Assembly: GCA_963742735.1 (NCBI GenBank)
Contig: CAVUMN010000004.1
Coordinates: 768,001-832,000 of the forward strand
Direction: 5' to 3'
Length of the DNA: 64,000 nucleotides
Origin: an uncultured Actinomycetes bacterium
GTDB lineage: Bacteria > Actinomycetota > UBA4738 > JBBDTT01
The stretch's first letter is position 1, and each line of letters starts with the position of its first letter. Below the pieces are notes generated by a model. It ran no database searches. It had not been told where the DNA came from and saw only the letters and a program-made list of their open reading frames with translations. Positions 29,684 through 38,734 of this stretch are shown piece after piece. The translations under genes were made by a program, and so were the position numbers.

Positions 29684-30751
29684 CTAGACCCGCGCGTCGT
29701 CCAGGTAGAGGCGCAGGAGCTTCGAGGAGGTGTTCTCGAGCGACATGAACTCGCGGGCGCCGGGCATCGCGCCCGAGTCGTCGAGCAGGTCCAGGACTCG
29801 CGTGAGGATCGCCGCGTACCGCACCGCCCCCAGCAGCTCCCACCAGTCCAGGTCGCCGGCGTCGTAGCCGGTCTTCGCCTCCCACCGGGCGATGGTCTCC
29901 TCGCGGGAGGGGAACCCCTCCAGCCGGGGGACGTCGCACGCGTCGCTGTGGTGGCGGTCGAGGAGCAGGAACCACGCCAGGTCCGCGACCGGGTCGCCGA
30001 GCGAGACCATCTCCCAGTCGACGACGGCCTGCACCTTCCCGGCCTCGTCGAAGAGGATGTTGCCGATGCGCGAGTCGCCCCACACCAGGGCCGGGCGCAC
30101 GTCGCGGCTGGGGACCTTCGCCTCCAGGATCTCGAACGCCTGGTCGAGCAGCGGGTACGGCCGGCCCTCCAGTGCCCAGTCGGCGTACGCGTGGTCGCGG
30201 CGGAGCTGCTCCTTCGCGTCGACCACGTCCAGGAACGTCACCCCCGCCCACTGCAGGTCCAGCCGGTGGATGGAGGTCATCGCGTCCACGCCGTTCCACC
30301 AGATCCGAGCCCGGAGCTCCGGCGAGCCCTCCTGGAGCCAGCCGGACACGTGGTACGGCGGGTTGTCCGGCGCGGCCCGGCCGTCCAGGCGGCCCATCAC
30401 GAAGAACGGTGAGCCGAGCACCGTCGGATCCGGCTCGAACCACAGGATCTCCGGGACGGGAACGACCGTGGCCGACAGCGCCTGCATCACCCGGACCTGG
30501 GTGTCGAACATCGTGTCCGGGAACACCTGGTGCTTCGCGGGCTCCATGCGCACGGCGATCCCGCGCGTCCTCGTCTCTCCGGCCGCGTTCGTCCACGCCG
30601 CGTCCGCGAGCAGCGTCTCGTTCGAGTAGCCGGACAGCGCGGGAGCGTCGAAGCCGCCGAGCTCGACCTTGGGCGTGCCGATCCGCCGTGCGAGCCAGCT
30701 CGCGAGGCGGTCGCGGACGTCGGGGTCGTCGAGGCGCGCGGCGATGGCCAT
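29684..30751 (-). CDS. Aminoglycoside phosphotransferase / choline kinase family protein
   Basis: GYSNET, PVPEILW, PFFVM, Brenner-like WGDSRIGN and VVDWEM. Confidence 0.88.
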   Translation of the reverse strand: MAIAARLDDPDVRDRLASWLARRIGTPKVELGGFDAPALSGYSNETLLADAAWTNAAGETRTRGIAVRMEPAKHQVFPDTMFDTQVRVMQALSATVVPVPEILWFEPDPTVLGSPFFVMGRLDGRAAPDNPPYHVSGWLQEGSPELRARIWWNGVDAMTSIHRLDLQWAGVTFLDVVDAKEQLRRDHAYADWALEGRPYPLLDQAFEILEAKVPSRDVRPALVWGDSRIGNILFDEAGKVQAVVDWEMVSLGDPVADLAWFLLLDRHHSDACDVPRLEGFPSREETIARWEAKTGYDAGDLDWWELLGAVRYAAILTRVLDLLDDSGAMPGAREFMSLENTSSKLLRLYLDDARV

Positions 30752-30757
30752 GGGTGG

Positions 30758-32212
30758 CTAGACCGGCGGCTCCGCGGTCTCGGGAAGGATCGTCTTCTGC
30801 TCCAGGTACTCCTCGAGGCCCTCGCGCCCGAACTCGCGGCCGATGCCCGAGGTCTTGTAGCCGCCGAACGGCGCCTTGAAGTCCATGGAGTAGCCGTTGA
30901 CCGCGAGCGAGCCGCTGCGGACCCGGCGGGCGAGGTCGACCGCGTGGTCCCGGTCGGCCGACCACACGGATCCGGCGAGCCCGTACTCGCTGTCGTTCGC
31001 GATGCGGATCGCCTCGTCCTCGTTCTCGTACGGGATCACGCACAGGACCGGGCCGAAGATCTCCTCCCGGGCCACGCGCATGCCGTTGTCGACGTCGGCG
31101 AACAGGGTGGGGCGCACGTACCAGCCCACGTCCATCCCGTCCGGCCGGCCGTTGCCGCCCACCACCAGGCGGGCCCCCTCCTCCTGGCCGAGGGCGATGT
31201 ACTTCTCCACCCGCTCCTGCTGGCGCTGGGAGATGAGCGGGCCGATCTCGGTGGTCGGTTCGAACGGATCGCCGACCCGGAGGGCCTCGAACATGCCGGC
31301 GAGGGCGTCGAGGACCTCGTCGTGGCGCTGCTTGCTGACCAGGATGCGCGTCTGGGCGATGCAGGCCTGGCCGGTGTTCATGAGGCCGTAGAACTTCATG
31401 CCGCGGATGAGGCGGTCCATGTCGGCGTCGTCCAGGACGATCGCCGCCGACTTGCCGCCCATCTCCAGGCTGCACCGCTTGAGCTGCTCGCCGCAGATGG
31501 CGGCGATGCGCCGGCCCGCCGCGGTCGAGCCGGTGAACGCGACCTTGTCGATGCCCGGGTGGCGGACGAGGTGCTCGCCGACCTCGCGGGAGGCGGGGAG
31601 GATGCTGACCACCCCCTCCGGGATGCCGGCCTGCTCGATGACCTCGCCCAGGACGAAGCCGGTCAGCGGCGTCTCCTCGGCGGGCTTCACGACGATCGTG
31701 CACCCCGCCAGAAGGGCCGGCGCCAGCTTGGACATGACCGTGAACTGGGGAACGTTCCACGGCGTGATGGCCGCGGCCACGCCGACGGGCTCGCCGCGGA
31801 CGATGGCCTCGCCGAACACGCCCTGGCGGGTTTCCTCCCACGGGTACTCGGCCGCGATCTCGATCATCGAGTTGAGGATCCACAGCGGCATGGGCGCCTG
31901 AGCCAGGCGGGAGAAGAAGATCGGCGCGCCCATCTCCTCGGTGGTGATCTGGGCGATGTCCTCCAGGCGGGCCGCGTACATCCCGGCCATGCGCGAGAGG
32001 ATCTCGATCCGCTCGGCGGGCGCCATCCGCGGCCACGGCCCCTCGTCGAACGCGGTTCGCGCCGCGTCCACGGCGCGGTCGACGTCGGCCTCGGTGACGA
32101 GCGGCAGCCGCCCGACCGGCTCCTCGGTGGCCGGCGAGATCACGGTGAGGACCTCGGTCCCCGACGGCTCCTCCCACTTCCCGCCGATGAACAGCCGATC
32201 GTGCTCGCGCAT
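30758..32212 (-). CDS. NAD(P)-dependent aldehyde dehydrogenase
   Basis: ITPWN, FTGST, LEMGGKS, catalytic GQAC, EEIFGPV and PFGGYKTSG. Confidence 0.95.
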   Translation of the reverse strand: MREHDRLFIGGKWEEPSGTEVLTVISPATEEPVGRLPLVTEADVDRAVDAARTAFDEGPWPRMAPAERIEILSRMAGMYAARLEDIAQITTEEMGAPIFFSRLAQAPMPLWILNSMIEIAAEYPWEETRQGVFGEAIVRGEPVGVAAAITPWNVPQFTVMSKLAPALLAGCTIVVKPAEETPLTGFVLGEVIEQAGIPEGVVSILPASREVGEHLVRHPGIDKVAFTGSTAAGRRIAAICGEQLKRCSLEMGGKSAAIVLDDADMDRLIRGMKFYGLMNTGQACIAQTRILVSKQRHDEVLDALAGMFEALRVGDPFEPTTEIGPLISQRQQERVEKYIALGQEEGARLVVGGNGRPDGMDVGWYVRPTLFADVDNGMRVAREEIFGPVLCVIPYENEDEAIRIANDSEYGLAGSVWSADRDHAVDLARRVRSGSLAVNGYSMDFKAPFGGYKTSGIGREFGREGLEEYLEQKTILPETAEPPV

Positions 32213-32269
32213 CACGCCTCCAGGATGGTCGCAGCGCCCGCTGCGAGGGGAAAACGGTATACCGCCCAC

Positions 32270-33076
32270 ATGGAGATGCGCGACCTCGGGAGCGCGGGTC
32301 TGAGGACGCCCGTCGTGGGGGTCGGGACGTGGCAGACCTTCGACGTTCCGGCTCGGCGGGACGAGGACGTGCGGAGCCTCGTCGATGAGGCCCTCGAGGT
32401 CGGGGCGAGCCTGTTCGATTCGTCGCCGATGTACGGCCGCGCGGAGGAGGCGCTGGGCCGCGCGCTCGAGGGGCGGCGGGACCGGGCGTTGATCGCGACG
32501 AAGCTGTGGACGGCCGACGACGAGGAGGCCGGGCGGCAGGCCGAGCGGGCGCTGGCCTGGTACGGCGGGCGGGTCGAGCTGTACCAGGTGCACAACCTGC
32601 TCGCGTGGCCCGAACGGCTCGACCTGCTCGAACGGCTCCGGGACGGGGGCGCGGTCGTGGCGATCGGGGCCACGCACTACTCGCCGTCGGCGTTCGAGGA
32701 GCTGGCGACCGTGATGCGGAGCGGCCGGATCGACGCCGTCCAGGTTCCCTACAACCCCCGCGAGCGCGAGGTCGAGCGGGAGATCCTCCCGCTGGCGGCC
32801 GAGCTCGGCCTGGGGGTGGTCGTCATGCGGCCGTTCGCGGAGGGCGGCCTCATGCGCCGGCCCCCGGACGAGCGCGACCTGGCGCCACTGGGGGAGTTCG
32901 GCGTGACGACGTGGGCCCAGGCCCTGCTCAAGTGGATCCTCTCGGACCTCCGGTGCACGGTGGCGATCCCGGCGACCTCGACCCTGGGACGGACCCGTGA
33001 GAACGCCGAGGCCGGGGATCCGCCGTGGTTCGGGGAGGAGGAGCGGGCGCTGGTCGCCCGGCTGGCGGGCGAATGA
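32270..33076 (+). CDS. Aldo/keto reductase
   Basis: GVGTWQ, FDSSPMYG, IATK, YQVHN, QVPYN and IPATS. Confidence 0.9.
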   Translation: MEMRDLGSAGLRTPVVGVGTWQTFDVPARRDEDVRSLVDEALEVGASLFDSSPMYGRAEEALGRALEGRRDRALIATKLWTADDEEAGRQAERALAWYGGRVELYQVHNLLAWPERLDLLERLRDGGAVVAIGATHYSPSAFEELATVMRSGRIDAVQVPYNPREREVEREILPLAAELGLGVVVMRPFAEGGLMRRPPDERDLAPLGEFGVTTWAQALLKWILSDLRCTVAIPATSTLGRTRENAEAGDPPWFGEEERALVARLAGE

Positions 33077-33122
33077 CCCCACAAATGAAGCCGCCAGAGC
33101 CCGAGGGCTCCAGCGGCTTCAA
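33077..33122 (-). ncRNA. Candidate small hairpin RNA, copy 1
   Basis: GAAGCCGCUGGAGCC-CUCG-GGCUCUGGCGGCUUC followed by AUUUGUGGGG, starting 6 nt after TTGCAT-N18-TAGGTT. Confidence 0.45.
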
Positions 33123-33215
33123 CGACAACCTACCCGTTCGAGCGCCGAGTATGCAAGCCGGCGCCCAGGATTTGGCACTCTTTCTCGGGAGGTCGGCCGT
33201 GGTGGGTTCACACGG

Positions 33216-33261
33216 CCCCACAAACGAAAGCGCCGGAGTCCGAAGACTCCAGCGCTTTCAT
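33216..33261 (-). ncRNA. Candidate small hairpin RNA, copy 2
   Basis: GAAAGCGCUGGAGUC-UUCG-GACUCCGGCGCUUUC followed by GUUUGUGGGG, starting 7 nt after TTGCGC-N18-TATCTT. Confidence 0.45.
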
Positions 33262-33323
33262 CGCGCAAGATAGGGCACCCGTCGTCGCCGGCGCAAGTCG
33301 AAGCCCGGGTTTTGTCACTCTTT

Positions 33324-34100
33324 CTAACGGGGGGCCACGAGCAGCGCCTGGGCGCCGGCGCCGATGCGTCCGCGCTCGTCCCACAGCACGCTGTGGGCCA
33401 CGCCGGCGCCCTCCGGGCCGACCCGGGTGATGGCGTCCAAGCACACCCACTCGCCCTCGGGATACCGGGCCAGGTGCACCGTGAGCTCGGTGTTGATGAA
33501 CAGGAACCGGTCGAACGGGAGCGTCGCGCTGATCCCGTTCCCCGAGTCCGCCAGCGCGAGCACTCGGGTCAGGGGCGAGATCTCCTCGCCGGCCACCAGC
33601 GGGATCCTGGGCCGGGCCCAGGCCGCCGCCGGGCCGGGTTCCATGAACGAGCCGGCCGCGCCGCGCCACTCCATGCCCAGCAGGTAGTTGGGCTCGTAGG
33701 GCGCCCAGAAGTTCTCGAACGGCCCGCATTCGTCGGGGCCCGGGTGGGGCGTCGGGTCCAGGCCGATCTCCGCCGTCCGATCCGGCGGCGCGAGGATCCG
33801 CCACGCCGAGGCACGGGCCACCTCCTTCCCGCCGGCGGACATCGACGCGACCACGTACTGCGTCCGCCGGGTCTGTTTCGCGACGCCGCCCTCGATGACG
33901 AGGGGCTCGATCGGGATGGGCCGCAGGATCTCGGTGGTGTACCGAACGACGCGGTATCCCTCCGGTCCGAGCGCCTCGATGGCCCGGCCGAGCAGCGCCG
34001 AGGGCGGCCCCGCGTGCTGGCTGTCCGGGCCCCACGGCCCGCGCGTCCAGTCTGTGGACACGAACGCGTCCCCCTCGGGGAGGTAGAAGGCGTCGGTCAT
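33324..34100 (-). CDS. Thioesterase family protein (double hot-dog, TesB-like)
   Basis: TRGPW..QHAGPPSALL, LADSGNG and FINTELTVHL motifs. Confidence 0.88.
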   Translation of the reverse strand: MTDAFYLPEGDAFVSTDWTRGPWGPDSQHAGPPSALLGRAIEALGPEGYRVVRYTTEILRPIPIEPLVIEGGVAKQTRRTQYVVASMSAGGKEVARASAWRILAPPDRTAEIGLDPTPHPGPDECGPFENFWAPYEPNYLLGMEWRGAAGSFMEPGPAAAWARPRIPLVAGEEISPLTRVLALADSGNGISATLPFDRFLFINTELTVHLARYPEGEWVCLDAITRVGPEGAGVAHSVLWDERGRIGAGAQALLVAPR

Positions 34101-34660
34101 GCGTCCCACGAGATCGGCTTCACCGAGAGACCGGGCAGCGGCTCGGTGATCGGCGGCCGGGCCGGCGAGAGCAGCCGCCACGCGCACAGCGCTACCCCGC
34201 CCAGGACGAGCGCCCACGCCAGGACCTTCAGCAGCAGGGCGACCTCGTCGGCCGCCTCCACGGCGTTCAGGCGGTCGAACGCGAACGCCCAGTCGTGGTC
34301 GCCGCCGATCAGCTGGAGCTTCTCGTACGGCGCGTCGGCGACGTAGACCGAGACGTCATAGAACGAGGTCCCCGCCCACGCCGCGCACAGGCCGGCGGCG
34401 AGCAGGTCCTCCCGCCACCACAGGAAGTAGGCGGCGATCCCCAGGGGGACCAGGACCTGCGTGATCGAGCCCATCATCGCCGTGAACAGATCGGGGAACG
34501 GATAGGTGAGCAGGTGGCCGAGCTCGTGGAAGCCGAGATCCACCAGCCCCAGGAGCGGCACCCGGTCGCCGAGGACCAGCGGGAAGAACCCCAGAACGAG
34601 ACACCCGGCCACGCCGGCGAGCATCGCCGCCCGGGCGCGGGTTACCGGTTCAGCAGCCAC
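34097..34660 (-). CDS. Membrane protein with HExxH motif (M50-like)
   Basis: TM helices with FHELGH, YVADA and GDHDW. Confidence 0.7.
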   Translation of the reverse strand: MAAEPVTRARAAMLAGVAGCLVLGFFPLVLGDRVPLLGLVDLGFHELGHLLTYPFPDLFTAMMGSITQVLVPLGIAAYFLWWREDLLAAGLCAAWAGTSFYDVSVYVADAPYEKLQLIGGDHDWAFAFDRLNAVEAADEVALLLKVLAWALVLGGVALCAWRLLSPARPPITEPLPGLSVKPISWDA

Positions 34661-35793
34661 TCGACGTTGCCACCCATCAGCTTGTCCCGGGCGGTGCCCT
34701 CGACGTCGTCGATGAACCGCTCATAGGTGACCCGCGGCTCGGCCAGGCCCTCGGCGTGGGGCCAGTCGCTGCCGAACATGAACAGGTTCTCGGACCCGGA
34801 CTGGCGGATCAGCGTCCCGGGCTGCTCGTAGCCCATCGCCCCCACGCGGACCTGGCGGCGGAAGTACTCGCTGGGCGTGCCCTGCAGCGGCACGGGCGGT
34901 CCGTTGTGGCGGGCCGCGTAGAAGTGGGTGGCGCCGTCGAGCGTGGCCAGGAACACCGGCACCCACCCAGCGGTCAGCTCGATGACCCCGAGCCGAAGCG
35001 TCGGGTGGCGCTCGAGCGTGCCCATCAGGATCAGGTTGGCGATCGCCAGGGCCGCCGGCACCCACAGGAAGATCGAGTCGAGCAGGTGGTCCACCGGCTC
35101 GGGGTCGCCCTCGTACCAGGCGGCCTCCCACGGCTTGCGGAACCCGCTCACGTGATAGATCGGGGCCACGCCGTGGTCGGCGAACGCCGCCCAGATCGGG
35201 TCGAGGTCGGGGTGCGACGGCGCCTTCCCGTTCACCGTGGCCGGGGCGATCATCGCCAGGGTCAGGCCGTCCTCGCGGATGCGGGCGATCTCCTCCAGGG
35301 TCCAGTCCCGGTCGGTCAGGCTGAGGTGGGCCACGCCGTACAGCCGCCCGCCGCCGGCGGCCTGGGACTCCGCCATCCACCGGTTGTGGGCCCGCAGGTT
35401 GGCGAGCATCGCGGGGACGTCCTCGGAGAGCAGGTCCTCCCAGAGCAGTCCGAAGTTGGGGAGCACGACCGCCGCGTCGAGCCCGAACCCGTCGAGGGCG
35501 GCCGCGCGCGCGGCCGGATCCGTGTAGCTCGCCGGCAGGGCCTCGTCGTACGGGACGGCGGCCGGCTCGCCGGCGGCGAGGGCCGCCCGGGTCAGGCCGA
35601 TCTCCTTGGCCTCGCCCGGGTGCTGGACCTCCGCCAGGTAGAGCCTCCGCCCGCGCCACGTCAGCCAGGGGTAGCCGAGCTCGTCGTCGTCGATCGAGAG
35701 GGCGTCGTCGCGGAACGCCGGGTCGATGTGGTCGCGCCACATCGTCCGCGGCTCGAAGAGATGCATGTCGCCGTCGATGACCCGGGCGCTCAG
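34642..35793 (-). CDS. Amidohydrolase family 2 protein (probable CTG start)
   Basis: VIDGDMHLFEP, AHNRW, ELTAGWVP and FGSDWPHAEG; CTGA overlap with the upstream stop. Confidence 0.85.
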   Translation of the reverse strand: MSARVIDGDMHLFEPRTMWRDHIDPAFRDDALSIDDDELGYPWLTWRGRRLYLAEVQHPGEAKEIGLTRAALAAGEPAAVPYDEALPASYTDPAARAAALDGFGLDAAVVLPNFGLLWEDLLSEDVPAMLANLRAHNRWMAESQAAGGGRLYGVAHLSLTDRDWTLEEIARIREDGLTLAMIAPATVNGKAPSHPDLDPIWAAFADHGVAPIYHVSGFRKPWEAAWYEGDPEPVDHLLDSIFLWVPAALAIANLILMGTLERHPTLRLGVIELTAGWVPVFLATLDGATHFYAARHNGPPVPLQGTPSEYFRRQVRVGAMGYEQPGTLIRQSGSENLFMFGSDWPHAEGLAEPRVTYERFIDDVEGTARDKLMGGNVEWLLNR

Positions 35794-36776
35794 GGGATCG
35801 CCACCACCTTCGTCACCCTGCCGTTCGCGAAGTCCTTCGTCGCCTCCGGCAGGCCCTCCAGCGGGATCCGGACGTCGACGTGGCTGCGGACCTCGGCCCG
35901 GCCGTCCCGGATGAATCCCACCGCGCGGTCCCACTCGTCGGGGCGGTAACAGAACGAGGCGATCAGGTCGATCTGTTTCGGCATCATCACGATCGGCAGG
36001 ATCCGGGCCTCGGGGGCGATGCCGACCAGGACCACCACGCCGCCGGGCGCGGCCAGGCCGATCGCCTGCTGAACGGCCTCCGCGCGGCCGGTGCACTCGA
36101 ACACGACGTCGGGGGGACCGCCGATCGCGCGTTCGAGGGCGCCGTCCTCGCCGGGCGCGACCGTCGTCGTCGCTCCCGCCTTCATCGCGAGCTCGCGCTT
36201 TCCCTCGATCGGATCGACGCCGCCGACCGGGCCGAGTCCCTCCAGGAGCGCGGCGGTCAGGGTGGCCAGGCCGATCGCGCCGAGCCCGACCACCGCGGCG
36301 GTGGCCCCGGGCCGCCCCGCGCGGGCGACGGCGTGCAGCGAGACCGCGAGCGGGTCGGCGAACGTCGCGTCGACCGGGTCGGCGCTTCCCACGTGGCTGC
36401 ACCACGACACGGGGACGGCGATCCGTTCCGCGAACGCGCCCGGCCGGGCGAAGACCAGCCCGTTGGCGACGCCCTCGGGACAGAGCTCGGCCCGACCCGT
36501 GGTGCAGAACGCGCAGCGGCCGCAGAACGCCATCGGGCGGATGGCGATCAGGTCTCCTTCGGAGAGCCCGGAGCCGTCGGGAGCGCTCAGGATCCGGCCG
36601 GCGCCCTCGTGGCCGATCACCGCGCCCTGGGGATAGCCGCCCTTCAGGAGGGTGAGGTCCGAGCCGCACAGGCCGCAGGCCTCGACCTGCAGGAGCGCCT
36701 CGCCGTCCGCCGCGACGGGTTCGGGCACGTCGCGGATCGCGAGCTCGCCGGGTCCCTCGAGTACGGCCGCCTTCAT
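35790..36776 (-). CDS. Zinc-dependent alcohol dehydrogenase (MDR family)
   Basis: CGLCGSD, GHEGAG, CGRCAFC..C and GLGAIG. Confidence 0.92.
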   Translation of the reverse strand: MKAAVLEGPGELAIRDVPEPVAADGEALLQVEACGLCGSDLTLLKGGYPQGAVIGHEGAGRILSAPDGSGLSEGDLIAIRPMAFCGRCAFCTTGRAELCPEGVANGLVFARPGAFAERIAVPVSWCSHVGSADPVDATFADPLAVSLHAVARAGRPGATAAVVGLGAIGLATLTAALLEGLGPVGGVDPIEGKRELAMKAGATTTVAPGEDGALERAIGGPPDVVFECTGRAEAVQQAIGLAAPGGVVVLVGIAPEARILPIVMMPKQIDLIASFCYRPDEWDRAVGFIRDGRAEVRSHVDVRIPLEGLPEATKDFANGRVTKVVAIP

Positions 36777-36800
36777 GGGTGCCGGTAGGGTATCCCGGTC

Positions 36801-37793
36801 ATGGCGGAGGTCTTCAAGGACGCCGACGTCGCGGCGGGCGCGCTCGACGGGCGGCGCGTCGCGGTGATCGGGTACGGCAACCAGGGCCGGTCGTGGGCGC
36901 TGAACTTCCGCGACTCCGGCGTGGACGTCGTGGTGGGGACGATCGGCGACGATTCCCGCGCGGCCGCGGCCTCCGACGGCTTCCCGGCCACCGACATCCC
37001 CGACGCCGTTCGCGACGCCCGCGTGGTCTGCCTGTTGATCCCCGACGAGGTGATGGGCGACGTCGTCCACGACCACGTCGCGGGGGGGCTGGCGCCGGGC
37101 GACGCGCTGTGCTTCGCCAGCGGCTACGCGGTCGCGTTCGGCGAGGTGGAGATCCCCGAGGGCGTCGACGTGATCATGGTCGCGCCGCGGATGCTGGGGG
37201 TCGGCGTCCGGGAGACGTTCGAGTCGGGGGAGGGGTTCATCGCGTTCGCCGGCGTCGAGAGCGACGCGACCGGCGAGGCTCGCGACGTGTGCCTCGGCCT
37301 GGCGAAGGCCCTGGGCGCGACCCGGCGCGGGTGCCTGGAGCTGACCTTCCAGCAGGAGGCCGTGATCGACCTGTTCATGGAGCAGGCGATCGCCCCGGCC
37401 CTGGCCCGCGTGTGGGGCGACGGGGCGTCGGCCCTCCTGGAGGCCGGCCTGCCCCTCGAATCGATCCTGGTCGAGTTCGTCCTGTCCGGTGAGGTGGAGC
37501 GCACCTACCGCGCGCTCCGCGAGATCGGGTACGCCAGACAATCCAAGCTTCACAGCCAAACGAGTCAATACGGAACCCTGTCTCGGGCCGAGCGGTTCGC
37601 CGACCTCGACGCGCTCTCGCGCATGCGGGAGACCGTCCGCGAGATCCAGAGCGGGGAGTTCGCGGCGGAGTGGGCCGCCGAGCGCGAGGCCGGCTACCCG
37701 CGGATGAAGGCCCTGGAGGAGGGCGGGGCCATGGGCGCCATCGCCGACCTGCAGGACCAGGTCCGGGCCATGTTCGAACCACCTCCCGAATGA
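36801..37793 (+). CDS. ilvC: Ketol-acid reductoisomerase-like protein
   Basis: IGYGNQG, LLIPDE, FASG, MVAPR, E..DLFMEQ, HSQTSQYG and IQSGEFAAEW; divergent from canonical IlvC. Confidence 0.8.
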   Translation: MAEVFKDADVAAGALDGRRVAVIGYGNQGRSWALNFRDSGVDVVVGTIGDDSRAAAASDGFPATDIPDAVRDARVVCLLIPDEVMGDVVHDHVAGGLAPGDALCFASGYAVAFGEVEIPEGVDVIMVAPRMLGVGVRETFESGEGFIAFAGVESDATGEARDVCLGLAKALGATRRGCLELTFQQEAVIDLFMEQAIAPALARVWGDGASALLEAGLPLESILVEFVLSGEVERTYRALREIGYARQSKLHSQTSQYGTLSRAERFADLDALSRMRETVREIQSGEFAAEWAAEREAGYPRMKALEEGGAMGAIADLQDQVRAMFEPPPE

Positions 37794-38734
37794 TCCTGGT
37801 CACCGGCGCCACCGGGTGCCTGGGGGCGAACCTGGTCGAGCGACTCGCCCCGGAGGTGCCGGTGCGGGTCCTGGTGCGCGACGAGTCGAAGCTCCGGGCG
37901 ATGCTCGGCGATGTCCCGGTGGAGGTCGTCCTCGGGGATCTGACGGACCGTCAGATCGTGGCCGACTCGGCGAAGGGCGCGGACACCATCCTGCACACGG
38001 CGGTGATGAACTACGGCGCGCCCGGGTTCTCGGCGAAGCGCTCGGCCGAGGTCAACCGGACGGCGATGGCCAACGTGCTGGACGCGGCGGAGGCCGGCGG
38101 CGCGCACGTGATCTTCTCGAGCTCGCAGAGCGCGTACGGGGTGCCGGTCCGCTCGCCGATGCACGAGGACGACCCGCTGCGCGGCACGGGCCCCTACTCC
38201 GCCAGCAAGGTCGAGTGCGAGGGCCTGGCCATGACGGCGTGGCGGGACCGCGGCGTGCCGGTGTCGGTCTTCCGGCTGCCGGGGTTCCACGGCCGTCACC
38301 TGACGCAGCCGAGCATGCTGAAGCAGCTCGAGCGGGTCGTGTCCGGCAAGACTCTGGCCATCCCGAGGTCGAAGGGCCTCTGGGACTTCGGCTCCGCCGA
38401 CGACATGGTCACGGGGATGCTCGCGGCGATCGGGAACCCGGCCTCGCACGGGCTGGCGTTCAACCTCCCCGGCTCCGGACCCATCAAGCCGGTCGAGTAC
38501 TTCCGCGTCTGGGCCGACGTCTCCGGCTCCGGCGCTCGCGTCATGGACCTCCCCAAATCCACGATGAGCATCGCCGCGCTGTTCATCCCGGAGGTCAAGG
38601 AGCACCTCTACTTCTTCTCCCACGACATCCTGCTCGACGGCACCCGCGCCTACGAGGTCCTCGGCTGGCGGCCTCGCGACTCCTATCCGGAGGGGATCGC
38701 CAGGACCGTCGAGTGGATGCGGTCGCGGACATGA
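37790..38734 (+). CDS. NAD-dependent epimerase/dehydratase (extended SDR)
   Basis: ILVTGATGCLG, SSS and YSASK; ATGA overlaps on both sides. Confidence 0.88.
   Translation: MILVTGATGCLGANLVERLAPEVPVRVLVRDESKLRAMLGDVPVEVVLGDLTDRQIVADSAKGADTILHTAVMNYGAPGFSAKRSAEVNRTAMANVLDAAEAGGAHVIFSSSQSAYGVPVRSPMHEDDPLRGTGPYSASKVECEGLAMTAWRDRGVPVSVFRLPGFHGRHLTQPSMLKQLERVVSGKTLAIPRSKGLWDFGSADDMVTGMLAAIGNPASHGLAFNLPGSGPIKPVEYFRVWADVSGSGARVMDLPKSTMSIAALFIPEVKEHLYFFSHDILLDGTRAYEVLGWRPRDSYPEGIARTVEWMRSRT

Larger units (their letters stand above)
33077..33325 (-). repeat. Two diverged tandem units (33077-33185 and 33216-33325; period about 140 bp), each a promoter-like sequence plus hairpin
   Basis: Shared blocks on the + strand: CCCCACAAAYGAA, hairpin, AANNTA, 18-nt variable spacer, GCAAGYCG..GCCC.GG, TTTGKCACTCTTTCT. 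Confidence 0.85.

Noticed and set aside
33054-33072. Extra 7-bp hairpin downstream of unit 1, analogous to the hairpin at 33195-33217
   Set aside because: It lies within the reductase coding end, shares no sequence with the other hairpin, and short GC stems arise by chance at this composition.
33172-33198. TTGGCACTC resembles the left arm of a CIRCE (HrcA) operator
   Set aside because: There is no matching right arm after 9 nt, copy 2 reads TTGTCACTC, and no chaperone gene is adjacent.
33077-33325. CRISPR array interpretation of the tandem units
   Set aside because: There are only two long diverged units, no identical 25-45-nt repeats with unique spacers, and no cas genes in the window.
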